NCBI GenBank assembly: GCA_043228905.1
Contig: JBHGNT010000011.1
Span: forward strand, 11,408,001 to 11,472,000
Length of the DNA stretch: 64,000 nt
Reading direction: 5' to 3'
Origin: Azolla caroliniana
Lineage: Eukaryota > Plantae > Polypodiophyta
Both the position numbers and the translations under genes were made by a program. Every line of letters begins with the position of its first letter. Within the stretch, counting starts at the first letter, position 1. This document shows, one piece after another, positions 46,357 through 58,334 of the stretch. The notes beneath the pieces were generated by a model. That model made no database searches. It had not been told where the DNA came from and was given only the letters and a program-made list of their open reading frames with translations.

Positions 46357-48449
46357 CTCGCGTTGCAACAACAAGGATCAAGTCCCCAAGGATTTCATAA
46401 AGAGCCCAAGATTGGACTTCCTGTGAAATTCGATGGAATGCGATTGCAATTCAGGGGATTTCTTAATCATGTACGCTTAGTCATTCAAATGCATCCTTCC
46501 CGATACCCCATTGATGCATCCCGAATCAGCCTAATAGGCACGTTGCTTAGCTGCTCAGCCTTGGCATGATTCTCTCCGCTTCTAGAAAAACAATCGCCCT
46601 CACTTAATAACTTTGAAAACTTTATTAGCGAGTTTAAAGCCTGCTTTGGAGATACCGACAGCATCAGGACGGCGATCAACAAAATCCGACGATTGCGTCA
46701 AGGTGATCGTCCAACCTCTGTGTACGCAGCGGATTTCCGTCTACTCGCCTCAGATATCCCTTGGGATGATCAGGCACTAATGGAGCAGTTTTGCTACGGC
46801 CTGCGAAACGATGTCAAAGATTTACTCTTAACCTTCCCCGAAGAACCAAAGTCTCTTACAGAGGCAATCAGTCGAGCAGTTTGATGCGACAACTGCCTTT
46901 TCGAACGGCGTTCTGAACATCAATTACAAATACCACGCCCTAGGCCGGAGCCCGCATATGCCTCAGTCGCGGCTAAACCGTTTGCACGAGACGTATCTCA
47001 ACCAAATACTCTGACACCTATGGAGATCGACACCATGCGTCGACGTGGCCCATTATCGGAAGAAGAAAAGCAACGAAGACGTGCAAATCGATTATGTCTT
47101 TATTGCGGTGGACCGGAGCATATCGCAATCAACTATCCCCATAGGCCAAGAAGACAGGTAAATCAAATCATAGCCTATATTAAACCCGAATCAATTCTTC
47201 CCTTAGGAGTGTCTGATAGTATTAATAGTACTAATAGCCCAAGTATCTCAAACAAATTTGAAATCCTTAGTCAATTAGAACAAGAGTTAAACAACTGAGT
47301 CCAGCCAAAATAGGAGCTGTTTGGTTGGACAACCCTAGATTTGTACAACCCATTAGTGGTTCCATTCCCTCCAAGCAAGTTAGCAATGTGTTCTTAGCCC
47401 AAGTCATGGTTAGTACTAAAAGTACTCCTCCAATACACGTCCTAGCACTTTTAGATTCCGGAGCCAATCCCTGTCTCATGGATCGAAATTTTGCCCAAAC
47501 TTCTCAGATATCCTTAAGAAAACTTCCTTGCCCCACATCTGTAGAGTCATTGATGGTCGTCCCATTGCTTCCGGAAATATTGTAGAAGAGTCAGAACCCA
47601 TTTAGGTTGCCCTAGGAAGTTTTGTGTGTGTGGTATCATTTAATATAATTAGTAGCCCAGAGCATCCCATTGTCTTGGGATTACCTTGGTTTGAATTACA
47701 TAATCTAGATATAGATTGGAGAACAAGAGAAGTCCGGTATCAACAACCCCAAAAATCTACTCATCAAGTTTCGAACATTTGACTCCATCAATTACGCGAA
47801 GAAGGACAAAAGGAGGCAATGTTTCTATTTGCAATATCAGTACATCCTTCCAGCAATATTAAGAAGGAATCCTTAGTGCAACTTCCGGCGAAATATCATC
47901 CTTATGCCGATGTATTTGACAAGGTAAAAGCCGGTACTCTTCCTCATCATTGTCCCTACGATTGTCCCATCGATTTACAACCAGGAACAGAGCCACCATG
48001 GGGACCAATTTACAACTTGTCACCAACCTAGTTAGAAGTCCTTCGAGCCTACATAGAGGAGAACTTGGCAAGCGGGTTTATTCGTCATTCGAAATCCCCG
48101 GCCGGTGCACCCATCTTCTTTTTCAAGAAGAAAGATGGATCACTTCGTCTCGTCGTTGATTACCGTGGCTTGAATAAGGTCACTATCAGGAATAGGTATC
48201 ACTTCCTCTTATATCAAGTCTTTTAGAGCGAGTAAATGGTGCCAAGTTTTTTACAAAAATCGATCTACGAGGAGCGTATAACCTCGTGCGGATCCGACCG
48301 GGAGACGAATGAAAGACCGCCTTTCGCACGCAGTATGGGCATTTCGAGTATACCGTTATGCCGTTCGGTCTAACCAATGCGCCCACAGTCTTCCAACACA
48401 TGGCAAATGATATATTCAGAAACCTCTTGGATATCTGTTTGATCATCTA
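46357..48449 (+). pseudogene. Second chromovirus gag-PR-RT fragment, interrupted at the RT YLDD motif
   Basis: EPKIGLPVKFDG, LRQGDRPTSVYAADF, CLYCGGPEH, ALLDSGA, PPWGPIYNLS and [10 protein letters not shown]. The element at 48450 is inserted after IIY. Confidence 0.88.
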
Positions 48450-51424
48450 TGTTACGGGCATGACCATATAATATCCCGTGGTAAGAATTTACCGTAGTAT
48501 TTTATACACGTGGATAAGTGTGAGGGATAAACGAGAGTGTAAAGAAGGGGAGGATTACTTTTAATCCTCGGGATTGAGACAACCCATTAGGTCAAGTGTG
48601 AACTTGCCTGGGGGCCTTGGGTATCGCTATAAATAAGAGGCCTAGCTACCCTCATTTGATCAGCTTTTGACTACATCGAGACTCTGCTCGTGTGGTGGGT
48701 CAACTCTTGTAGCGAGCGCGCCAGCACCAGGTACGACTCGACGCCACGGCGGTGGTATGGGACGCTGATCGAGGCTCGAGTCCGTCTCGATCCCTTCGCT
48801 CAGGGGTGGTCGGGTGGATTGGCACCCTTCTTTCTCTTTCTCCTTTCTATCTTTCATTTCTTTATCCTTATCTTAAGCTTACTTTAGTACCTAGATCTAT
48901 AATAATTGGTATCAGATTTTTGTACTAATGTTTCTTTGTTTTTCATTTGTCTTTTGATTGATGCTGATCGATCGTTGTGCGGTTGGTCTTGATCCAGACA
49001 ACGATCAACAAAGAACTTCGGTAACTCTTTCCATAATTTTTCTTTCTATTCTCTCTTCTCCCATCTAATCATGTGTTTAGTTTATATGTAATTTTTTTCA
49101 TTAAGTCAATGATGTTGTAGTGGTCTTTAATTGATTATCTAAAACGTTTACATATGTGCACGAGGTCAATACCTCGTTTGACATATTAATAATATGTGAT
49201 GAGTGTCGTATGCGTACGAGGTTAATACCTCAATTACGTATTACGTTCACGAACATATGTTACGTTTGCGTATGAGTTTAATACCTTGATTTGTTGTAAA
49301 CGATATGCGTTTGGTCTCGTATGTGTAAGAGGTCAATACCTCCATTGCATATTACGATGATCTCTTATTTGTGGATGTTTCGTGTGCGTAGAGGTATATA
49401 CCTCGATTACGTATCTCGATCACATCATTTGTGGCTATTTAATATAACGATATGATTAATATAGGCATATGTGGTCACATATATACGTATTTGATCGTAT
49501 ATATGTGAAAAGTAAACATATGTGTATATTCGTTATTACGTGATTATGTCGAAAGTTGTCATGGTCGGGAAAAGGATGTTGGTGGCCGTCCTCACATTTT
49601 TGTGAGAATGGCGTTGTCACCATCCCTTTTTCAACAATTTTTTATTGTTGATAACCCCGTTGATGACCTCGATTTCGTTACGTAAAGAAACGCCAATAGC
49701 CATAATGATGTTGAGTACGTAGGGCTTGACCCACTTCAAGTGAGGTCGCTCCAATGACGCACGTATCCAACATCCCTCCCTCGTTACATGGATATGATGC
49801 CACCATGAGCTCGTTCTTACGAGAGGCATTCGTAATGACGTGACCATGTGATGGCCCACGTGAGCCTACTACGAAACAAGGGCTCATTTGGCTTCACCAT
49901 TAGGTTGCACTTTGGCGTATGCCATCGTAATTACGAGACTTGAGGATAGGTAACGTACCAACATAGTTTTGGTAAATGAGGGCGAAATAAGGACCCTTGA
50001 CATATATGTTCTTTGAAAAAAAACATATATGATCTCGCATATCTCTTATACGCATCAAACATTAAGCATTCGAGAAGAGCAACTTACTTGGTTGGCTCAA
50101 GTGTTTAATGTATTTGTTCTCGAGGTCTCGAGTTCAAATATGACCAAGACCATACAACATCCTTGATACATATGACTATAACACATGTTTAGACTTAAGG
50201 TCTAAGTGCACCTCGGGGTCCTCGTAATAGGACTTAAAGAGCCGAAACCACTTATGTGGGCACCGAAACATAGTTTATTGTTAACATTTTTTTTCGTGTA
50301 TAAACTAATCATGACGCGAACATACATGGTTGAGCCTCGGGGAGCCACCATGAAAAAATCGATATAGAGATCAGGGAAAGACATTTATTTGTCACCCCCA
50401 TGGTTTTTAAAACACCTTTGTGTTACCATAGTAACCTGATCTTGAACCTCATCTCATACGTCTAGAGGGGTATTGACGTGAGATAATGATATCGATTAAT
50501 GCTCGCCCATGATATGTTTACATCACGACATGATGTTATGACTATCTCTCTGACCTTATCCTATTTCTTTTCCAGAAATAATCTTTAATGGCTCAAATTA
50601 ACGACCCGATGTCATCCGCTCAAGCGGAAGGAACTCAAGGGAATCCTCCTGGACAAATGTCCACTGAGATGTATTTGGCACAAATAACCCAATACCTTAG
50701 TTTCACCGCTCAACAGATGACCGAACTTCGGCAATCTCAGAGTGCTCTTGAGGCACGTGTCATTAGTCTACAACGTGAGACTAATAGACCTGATGAGCGA
50801 CAAGGTGAACCATCATTTGTCGTTAAGCCATTTACGTGAGACAAAAAGGAAAGAACCGAAGAAGCAATCTGCACATGGCTGGGACGATGGGAGTCTCATT
50901 TTGAGCTCTATCCCACGCCAGATAGTACGAAGATTGCATATGTCGGCCGAGAACTCGGGGGTAAGGCCGCCGCCTGGTGGCGTGGCCTCCGTACTATGGG
51001 GAAATTGCCCGATACTTGGACAAATTTTGTCACGGTTTTTAAGGGCCAATTTCTGCAACCTCCCTCTCGAACCGAGGCATCACAAGCTTTAATGAACCTC
51101 TCTAGCAGGAATTTTTCCTCGCTAGAAGACTATGTTCACCATGCTAGAACCCAAATCCAAAAATCGGGTCTAGAAGGGGACAATTGGTTGATAGCTTGTT
51201 TTGTCAATGGCATCCCCAATTCGGACTATCACTAGATAGTGCACGATAAGGATCCAAAATCCTTCGAAGAGGCCATTGAAATAGTTCTTCGCTATCAACG
51301 CACTTTGAAGAAGGACCATAACAAACCCAACGAAGCGCCCGGGACTAAGCAGTCGCAATTTGTTGGGAAACGCAAGACACCCAACGAATTCCTGGATCGC
51401 GATTGTAAGCGACAACATCCTTTT

Positions 51425-54400
51425 TGTTGGGATTACGGTCCCTTCGGATGGGATGGTCGGATGTCGGAGATGAATGCCGACGAGCCCGGTTTCGGTTTCG
51501 GAACCGGATGATGAAGACCCCGGCTTCGGATCCGGATGACGAATGTACCCGGGGAGAGATCCGGATGCAGGGACATACCCGTGAATATGTTTGCTAAGGG
51601 CCCCTGAGGCTATAGTTGTAAATAGCCCCAAAGTCATATATGTATAAATATGACTTAGGGCAAACAGTTTTACTGCTGCTAATCATTTTTCTGTTTTTCC
51701 ACTCAAGAGGAGTGAAGAGGGAACAGCCGTGAGAGAGAGAGAGAGATAGAGCGTGAGAGAGGAAGAGGACGACGCCTCTTTGTATTTCCGCCTCCTGTGG
51801 CGAGGACAGCGAGCTCAAGGTTGTCGCCTTGCAGCTCGCCATTGTATACTTCTCTGTATAGTGTTGGTTTGGAGTCTTGTACTCCCGTGGTTTTTCCCGT
51901 CTAGGGTTTTCCACGTTAATCCCTGTGTGTTCGCGTTTTGTTTCTCTTTGTGGTTCCTATTTTCTGCTCCATTGATTCGCGCTTACTCGGTTGTGGCCGA
52001 GCGGTGAAGGTGAATCGAAGCGTTGATTCCCAACAAACTGGTATCAGAGCGGGTTGCTGCAGAAAATGGAAGGCGGCGGCAGCGGGCAGCCGGGGATGAT
52101 GGTGCTGAATGCGCAGAATTACGCCGACTGGAAGATCAAGATGGAGGATCTTCTGATTGTTCGGGACCTGTACGAACCGATTGACAGGTCGGAAATACCG
52201 AAGGGTGTACTTGAGTCGGAGTGGAAGCTCCTGAACCGGAAAGCCGTAGCGACGATCCGACAATATGTCGATGTAAGCGTCCTACAACATGTGGCGAACG
52301 ACACCAACGCATATGAGATGTGGAAGAAGCTGTCGGGCCTCTACGAGAGGAAGAATGCGTTGAACCGGACCTCCCTGATGAGGAAGATAGTGAATCTCAA
52401 GTACCGGGACGGCGAGAGTATGGTGGAACACGTAAGCACGTTCATGGGATTCGTGAATCAGCTTGCGGCGATCAAGTTCCCGTTGGAGGATGCAATGCAA
52501 GCCATCATCCTGATGTGTACATTGCTGGAAAGCTGGGAGAACTTGGTGGTGACTCTCAGCACCTCCTGCACCGAAGATAACTTGTCCTTACAAACGGTAA
52601 AGACAAGTATTTTGAACGAAGAAGCGCGTCAGAGAGATAAAGAACCGGCCTCCGACTCGAAGGCGCTGCTTACCGAATCGGATCGGGGAAGACAATGGAA
52701 CCGGAGTCCGCAAAGACGGGAGAAGTCGGGGACCCGGTCGCAGTCAAGAGGAAGGCCCACATGCTTCCACTGTGGGAAACCGGGGCACTTCCGAAAGAAT
52801 TGTCGGCATTACCGAAAAGACAACGGAGCCGACGACACCGATTCGAAGAAGTCACCTGAGAGAAACGGTGCATACCGGGGAGCCACGGACCGGAGAGGTT
52901 CGGATCGGCGAGGGCAGGACCGGAAAGGAACAACGGCACTCGTGGCAAGTGAGGAAGAAATCATGCTCATCACCGAAGAAGGTGAACTAAACGTTGCCGG
53001 CGATGAGACGACCTGGGTGGTCGATTCTGGAGCATCGTTCCACCTGACCCCGGAGAGAAGATACTTCTCATCCTACACAGCCAGTGAGCATGGCTGTGTT
53101 CGGATGGGAAATGAAGGTACGTGCCGGATTGCCGGCATCGGAGACGTGTGGTTGACAACCCCGACCGGATGCAAGATGCTGCTGAAGGATGTTCGACACG
53201 TTCCGGAGGTCCGATTGAACCTGATCTCGGCCGGGAGGCTAGATGATGAAGGCTACACGGGTAGCATCCGGAACGGTGTCATGAAGTTCAGCAAGGGGAG
53301 CCTGATAGTGGCTCGGGCCCGGAAAGACAACACACTGTACCTGATGAATGCCCGGTTATGTCCGGAAGAGCTGAATGTGGCAGCCGACACTGCCGGTGAG
53401 CTGTGGCACAAAAGACTGTGCCACATGAGTGAGAAGGGGATGAAGAGGCTTGCAGAAGACAACCTTATTCCAGTGAAGCATGTGCACCTGGAGAAGTGCA
53501 CCGATTGCCTGGCCGGTAAGCAGAACCGAACCTCCTTCCACTCAAGGCCACCGACGAGACGTAGCGCGCCATTGGAGTTGGTGCACACTGATGTGTGTCA
53601 GGTAGAAACGAAGTCACATGGCGGAGCCCAGTACTTCGTAACATTCATTGATGATCACAGCCGGAAGCTGTGGACGGCACCGTTGAAGACAAAGGACCAA
53701 GTGTTGTGCGTCTTCAAAGAACTCCACGCGAGAGTGGAAAGGGAATCCGGCAAGAAGCTGAAAGCGATACGAGCGGATAATGGAGGGGAATACCGGGGGC
53801 AGTTCCAGGAGTACTGTCGCTCGAAGGGAATCCGACTCGAGTTTACTGTGCCGAAGACGCCGGAACTGAACGGGCTGGCCGAGAGGATGAACCGGACCAT
53901 AATGGAGAGGGTCCGGAGTATGCTGGCGCATGCGAAATTACCCAAGGGGTTTTGGGCTGAGGCAATGTCGACAGCGACATACGTGATAAACAGATCACCC
54001 TCAGTACCTTTGGACGGAGACACGCCGCAGAGAGTGTGGACCGGTAGGGAAGTATCCTACCGGCATCTGAAGGTGTTCGGGTGTCTCGCATACGTGCATG
54101 TGGCAAAGGACCGGAGAGGAAAGCTAGATCCAAAGACCCGGCCATGCATATTCCTCGGTTACGGCGATGACGAGTTCGGCTACCGAGTATGGGACCCGGT
54201 CGACAAGAAGATATTCCGGAGTCGTGATATCATCTTCATGGAGAACAAGACACTCGCCGACTGGGAGTCGGAGAAGAAGATGAAGAGCTCCAAGTCGACC
54301 GGTGAGGATAAACTCTACGAGGAGCAGTCCCGACCGGCAAGGGACCGGTTAACACTCGAAGATCCGGCCGAAGACGGTGAAGAAACAGAACCGGCCGAAG

Positions 54401-56760
54401 AAGATGAAAATGATACCGGAACCGGCCCCGATCCCGAAATGGATTCGGATGAAGAAGAATCGGAAGAACCGATTACCGAAGCTCCGGAACGGAGATATCC
54501 TCTAAGAGAGAGAAGGGCCCCCCGGAGATTTCCGGAACCAGAGCACGTGCTGCTAACCGACGAGGGGGAGCCGGAGAGCTTTGAAGAAGCAAAGCATGAC
54601 ACCCAGAGCCGCAGGTGGTTGAGTGCCATGCAGGACGAGATGGATTCCCTGCATGAGAACCACACATATGAACTTGTGGAGTTGCCGAAAGGAAAGCGGG
54701 CACTTCGTAACAAGTGGGTGTTCAAGCTGAAACCGGGAGATGCCGGAAACCCCCCGAGATACAAAGCCAGGATCGTGGTGAAGGGGTTTCAGCAGAAGAA
54801 GGGCGTCGACTTCGACGAGATATTTGCCCCGGTAGTGAAGATGACCTCCATCCGGACGGTGCTGAGCATAGCGGCAAGCATGGACCTCGAGGTAGAACAG
54901 ATGGACGTGAAGACGGCATTCCTTCACGGTGACCTCGATGAAGAGATCTACATGCAGCAACCGGAAGGATTCGAGAAGAAAGGGAAGGAGCACCTGGTAT
55001 GCCGGTTGAAGAAGAGCCTTTACGGACTGAAGCAGGCTCCCCGGCAATGGTACCGGAAGTTCGACTCCTTCATGACCGACGAAGGGTACCTCAAAACGCA
55101 GTCCGACCACTGCGTGTTTGTGAAGAAGTTCGAAGGAGGAGACTTTCTAATACTCCTCCTGTACGTGGACGACATGTTGATCGTCGGACGGGACCAGGTC
55201 AAGATACGGATGCTGAAGAAGGCTCTTCACCGAACTTTCTCAATGAAGGACCTGGGTCCGGCGAGGCAAATACTAGGGATGCACATCATCCGGGACCGGA
55301 AGAAGAAGCAGTTGTGGCTGTCACAGGAGAAGTACGTGACGAAGGTGCTTAAACGGTTCAACATGTCGGAAGCAAGACCGGTCGGATCGACCCTCCCGGC
55401 AAACTGCAAGCTGTCCAGCAAGCAAAGTCCCAAGACAAAGGCTGAAAAGGAGGATATGATGAAAGTGCCGTATGCCTCAGCCGTCGGGAGCTTGATGTAC
55501 GCCATGGTGTGTACGAGACCGGACATCGGATATGCAGTCGGAGTGGTGAGCCGGTACATGAGCAATCCCGGCAAAGAGCATTGGAACGCGGCCAAGTGGA
55601 TACTCCGATACCTGAAGGGCACGGCAAACGTGTGCCTCCGATTCGGCTCCGGTAAGCCCGAACTCGACGGCTTCACCGATTCGGATATGTCGGCTGATGC
55701 AGATACCAGCCGGTCCACATCAGGGTATGTGATGACGTATGCAGGGGGAGCCGTTTCGTGGCAGTCGAGGCTGCAGAAGACGGTTGCGTTGTCAACCACG
55801 GAGGCGGAGTACATGGCGGCTGTTGAAGCCGGCAAGGAAATAATATGGATGAGGGACTTCATTAGAGAGCTCGGTATCCGGCAGGAGGAGTACCGACTCT
55901 ACTGCGACAGTCAGAGTGCAATCCACCTTGCGAAGAACGCGGCCTATCACTCCCGGACGAAGCACATCCAGCGAAGATATCACTGGATCTGGGAAAGGAT
56001 AGAAGACAAGGAGTTCGTGCTGACAAAGATCCACACGGACGAGAACGGGTCGGATATGCTGACCAAGGTGCTCATACCCGACAAGCTGGAAGCATGCCGG
56101 AAGAGGATCGGATTGGAGAGACATCCCATGCCGAAGTGAAGGGGGAGTTTGTTGGGATTACGGTCCCTTCGGATGGGATGGTCGGATGTCGGAGATGAAT
56201 GCCGACGAGCCCGGTTTCGGTTTCGGAACCGGATGATGAAGACCCCGGCTTCGGATCCGGATGACGAATGTACCCGGGGAGAGATCCGGATGCAGGGACA
56301 TACCCGTGAATATGTTTGCTAAGGGCCCCTGAGGCTATAGTTGTAAATAGCCCCAAAGTCATATATGTATAAATATGACTTAGGGCAAACAGTTTTACTG
56401 CTGCTAATCATTTTTCTGTTTTTCCACTCAAGAGGAGTGAAGAGGGAACAGCCGTGAGAGAGAGAGAGAGATAGAGCGTGAGAGAGGAAGAGGACGACGC
56501 CTCTTTGTATTTCCGCCTCCTGTGGCGAGGACAGCGAGCTCAAGGTTGTCGCCTTGCAGCTCGCCATTGTATACTTCTCTGTATAGTGTTGGTTTGGAGT
56601 CTTGTACTCCCGTGGTTTTTCCCGTCTAGGGTTTTCCACGTTAATCCCTGTGTGTTCGCGTTTTGTTTCTCTTTGTGGTTCCTATTTTCTGCTCCATTGA
56701 TTCGCGCTTACTCGGTTGTGGCCGAGCGGTGAAGGTGAATCGAAGCGTTGATTCCCAACA
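51425..56760 (+). mobile_element. Intact full-length Ty1/Copia element (Tnt1/Tork-like)
   Basis: 611-bp LTRs 51425-52035 and 56150-56760 (no difference seen), TSD CTTTT, PBS-Met at 52039-52050, PPT at 56138-56147. Confidence 0.98.
52066..56139 (+). CDS. Copia Gag-PR-INT-RT-RH polyprotein (1357 aa from the first ATG)
   Basis: Uninterrupted ORF with Zn knuckle, DSGAS, integrase D-D-E (HTDVC/ADNGGE/AER), YVDD and RNaseH motifs. Confidence 0.97.
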   Translation: MEGGGSGQPGMMVLNAQNYADWKIKMEDLLIVRDLYEPIDRSEIPKGVLESEWKLLNRKAVATIRQYVDVSVLQHVANDTNAYEMWKKLSGLYERKNALNRTSLMRKIVNLKYRDGESMVEHVSTFMGFVNQLAAIKFPLEDAMQAIILMCTLLESWENLVVTLSTSCTEDNLSLQTVKTSILNEEARQRDKEPASDSKALLTESDRGRQWNRSPQRREKSGTRSQSRGRPTCFHCGKPGHFRKNCRHYRKDNGADDTDSKKSPERNGAYRGATDRRGSDRRGQDRKGTTALVASEEEIMLITEEGELNVAGDETTWVVDSGASFHLTPERRYFSSYTASEHGCVRMGNEGTCRIAGIGDVWLTTPTGCKMLLKDVRHVPEVRLNLISAGRLDDEGYTGSIRNGVMKFSKGSLIVARARKDNTLYLMNARLCPEELNVAADTAGELWHKRLCHMSEKGMKRLAEDNLIPVKHVHLEKCTDCLAGKQNRTSFHSRPPTRRSAPLELVHTDVCQVETKSHGGAQYFVTFIDDHSRKLWTAPLKTKDQVLCVFKELHARVERESGKKLKAIRADNGGEYRGQFQEYCRSKGIRLEFTVPKTPELNGLAERMNRTIMERVRSMLAHAKLPKGFWAEAMSTATYVINRSPSVPLDGDTPQRVWTGREVSYRHLKVFGCLAYVHVAKDRRGKLDPKTRPCIFLGYGDDEFGYRVWDPVDKKIFRSRDIIFMENKTLADWESEKKMKSSKSTGEDKLYEEQSRPARDRLTLEDPAEDGEETEPAEEDENDTGTGPDPEMDSDEEESEEPITEAPERRYPLRERRAPRRFPEPEHVLLTDEGEPESFEEAKHDTQSRRWLSAMQDEMDSLHENHTYELVELPKGKRALRNKWVFKLKPGDAGNPPRYKARIVVKGFQQKKGVDFDEIFAPVVKMTSIRTVLSIAASMDLEVEQMDVKTAFLHGDLDEEIYMQQPEGFEKKGKEHLVCRLKKSLYGLKQAPRQWYRKFDSFMTDEGYLKTQSDHCVFVKKFEGGDFLILLLYVDDMLIVGRDQVKIRMLKKALHRTFSMKDLGPARQILGMHIIRDRKKKQLWLSQEKYVTKVLKRFNMSEARPVGSTLPANCKLSSKQSPKTKAEKEDMMKVPYASAVGSLMYAMVCTRPDIGYAVGVVSRYMSNPGKEHWNAAKWILRYLKGTANVCLRFGSGKPELDGFTDSDMSADADTSRSTSGYVMTYAGGAVSWQSRLQKTVALSTTEAEYMAAVEAGKEIIWMRDFIRELGIRQEEYRLYCDSQSAIHLAKNAAYHSRTKHIQRRYHWIWERIEDKEFVLTKIHTDENGSDMLTKVLIPDKLEACRKRIGLERHPMPK

Positions 56761-58334
56761 CTTTTTGTGTATTCTGCAAAAAGAAGGGTCATACAAAAGA
56801 TCAATGTCGAAAGCTCCAACGGAAAGAGCACGACAACAAAGCTAAAGCTGCAGACCATAAAGGTCAGATTCCTAATGTCCTTCAGGTCTATACACACCAT
56901 TTAAGTAATTGTCAATGTTCTTTCCCTCACTATGTATTGGGTCCCAATGATTTACTACGTGCAAACGGGTATATCAATGGATCTCCCGTACAATTTTTAT
57001 TTGATTCGGGAAGCTCACACAATTTTGTGAATGATCGTTTGGTTCAGATATGGGGAATCCAACCCACCGTAAGTGATCACACCTACACGGTGCACTTGGC
57101 TGATGGAAGAGTACAATACATCAACGGGGCGATTCATTCATTAGGAATTTCTATTGATACTTATATAGAGGAAGTAGACTTCCATGTAATGAATCTTTGT
57201 ACCACCGATGTAATACTGGCTTATCCCTGGTTTTATAATAAAAACTCTTCTTTATTTATTGATTGGGTTCGTCATTCCATTTCTTTTGTACTGAACGATT
57301 GTACGCATTTTATTCAATGTGTAAAAAAACAATCCCTCTCGATTGTTTCCTCGTGCCCATCAATATCCGAGTTGTCTTGTTCTACGTTATATTATTGTGT
57401 ACTTGATCCGGACATTCACGTTTAGAATATCGATAATGTCCCGATTCAATTAACATATTTTGAACAACAACAACTTGATGAAATCTTAAATGATTTTCAT
57501 GATGTTTTTCCAAGTGAACTACCTGATGGGTTACCTCCTAAACGTAAAATAGACCATCGTATAGATATTGTACCTGGTGTTGCACCAATAAGTATACCTC
57601 CGTATCGCTTAAGTCGATCCGAAGAAGATGAGGTATCTAAGCAACTTAAGGACTATTTACGAATGGGTTATATACGTTATAGTAAATCTCCATGGGGTGC
57701 ACCAGTTCTCTTGGTTAAAAAGAAAGAGGGCACATGGCGTATGTGTATTAATTACCGATGCTTGAATAAAGTGACGATCAAGAATTCGTATCCATTGCCC
57801 CGGGCTGACGATCTAATTGACCGTCTCCAGGGAGCTCGGTATTTTACGAAACTTGATCTCCGTACTAGCTACCATCAAATACGAATATCGTCCCCGCAAA
57901 AACGGCATTTCGTACGCGCTATGGCCATTACGAGTTTTTGGTTATGCCTTTTGGTTTGACCAATGCTCCGGCTACTTTTCAACAAGAAATGAATGACATT
58001 TTCCGAGAACAACTTGGAAAATTTGTCGTTATTTTCTTGGATGATATTTTAGTTTATAGCCGTACATTACAAGAACATGCTAGACATGTCCGCTTTGTTT
58101 TACAAACATTGCGTGACAAACAGTTTTATGCGAAGATCTCAAAATGTGAGTTCTTCAAGAAATCAATTACTTATCTAGGACATCTCATAACCGAATGAGG
58201 AGTTGAAATTGATCCTTCTCGCATTGAGAAAATCAAGCTTTGGCCCACTCTTCGGAAGCTTTGATCCTTGGTTTTGTGGGGTTTTTGCGAAAGTCTCTTT
58301 GTAATTACTCCCAATTGACGACGCCGTTTACTGA

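Larger units (their letters stand above)
48450..58334 (+). mobile_element. Gypsy (chromovirus-like) element: LTR ~48450-48901, PBS-Met, 1.7-kb leader, gag, PR, RT; interrupted at 51425 and 58335
   Basis: TGGTATCAGA at 48907, gag from 50588 (GKAAAWW), [34 protein letters not shown] and [11 protein letters not shown]. Confidence 0.85.

Noticed and set aside
49150-49415. CRISPR-like repeat/spacer array
   Set aside because: The repeats are degenerate, the spacers are mutually related, there are no cas genes, and it lies in a eukaryotic retrotransposon leader.
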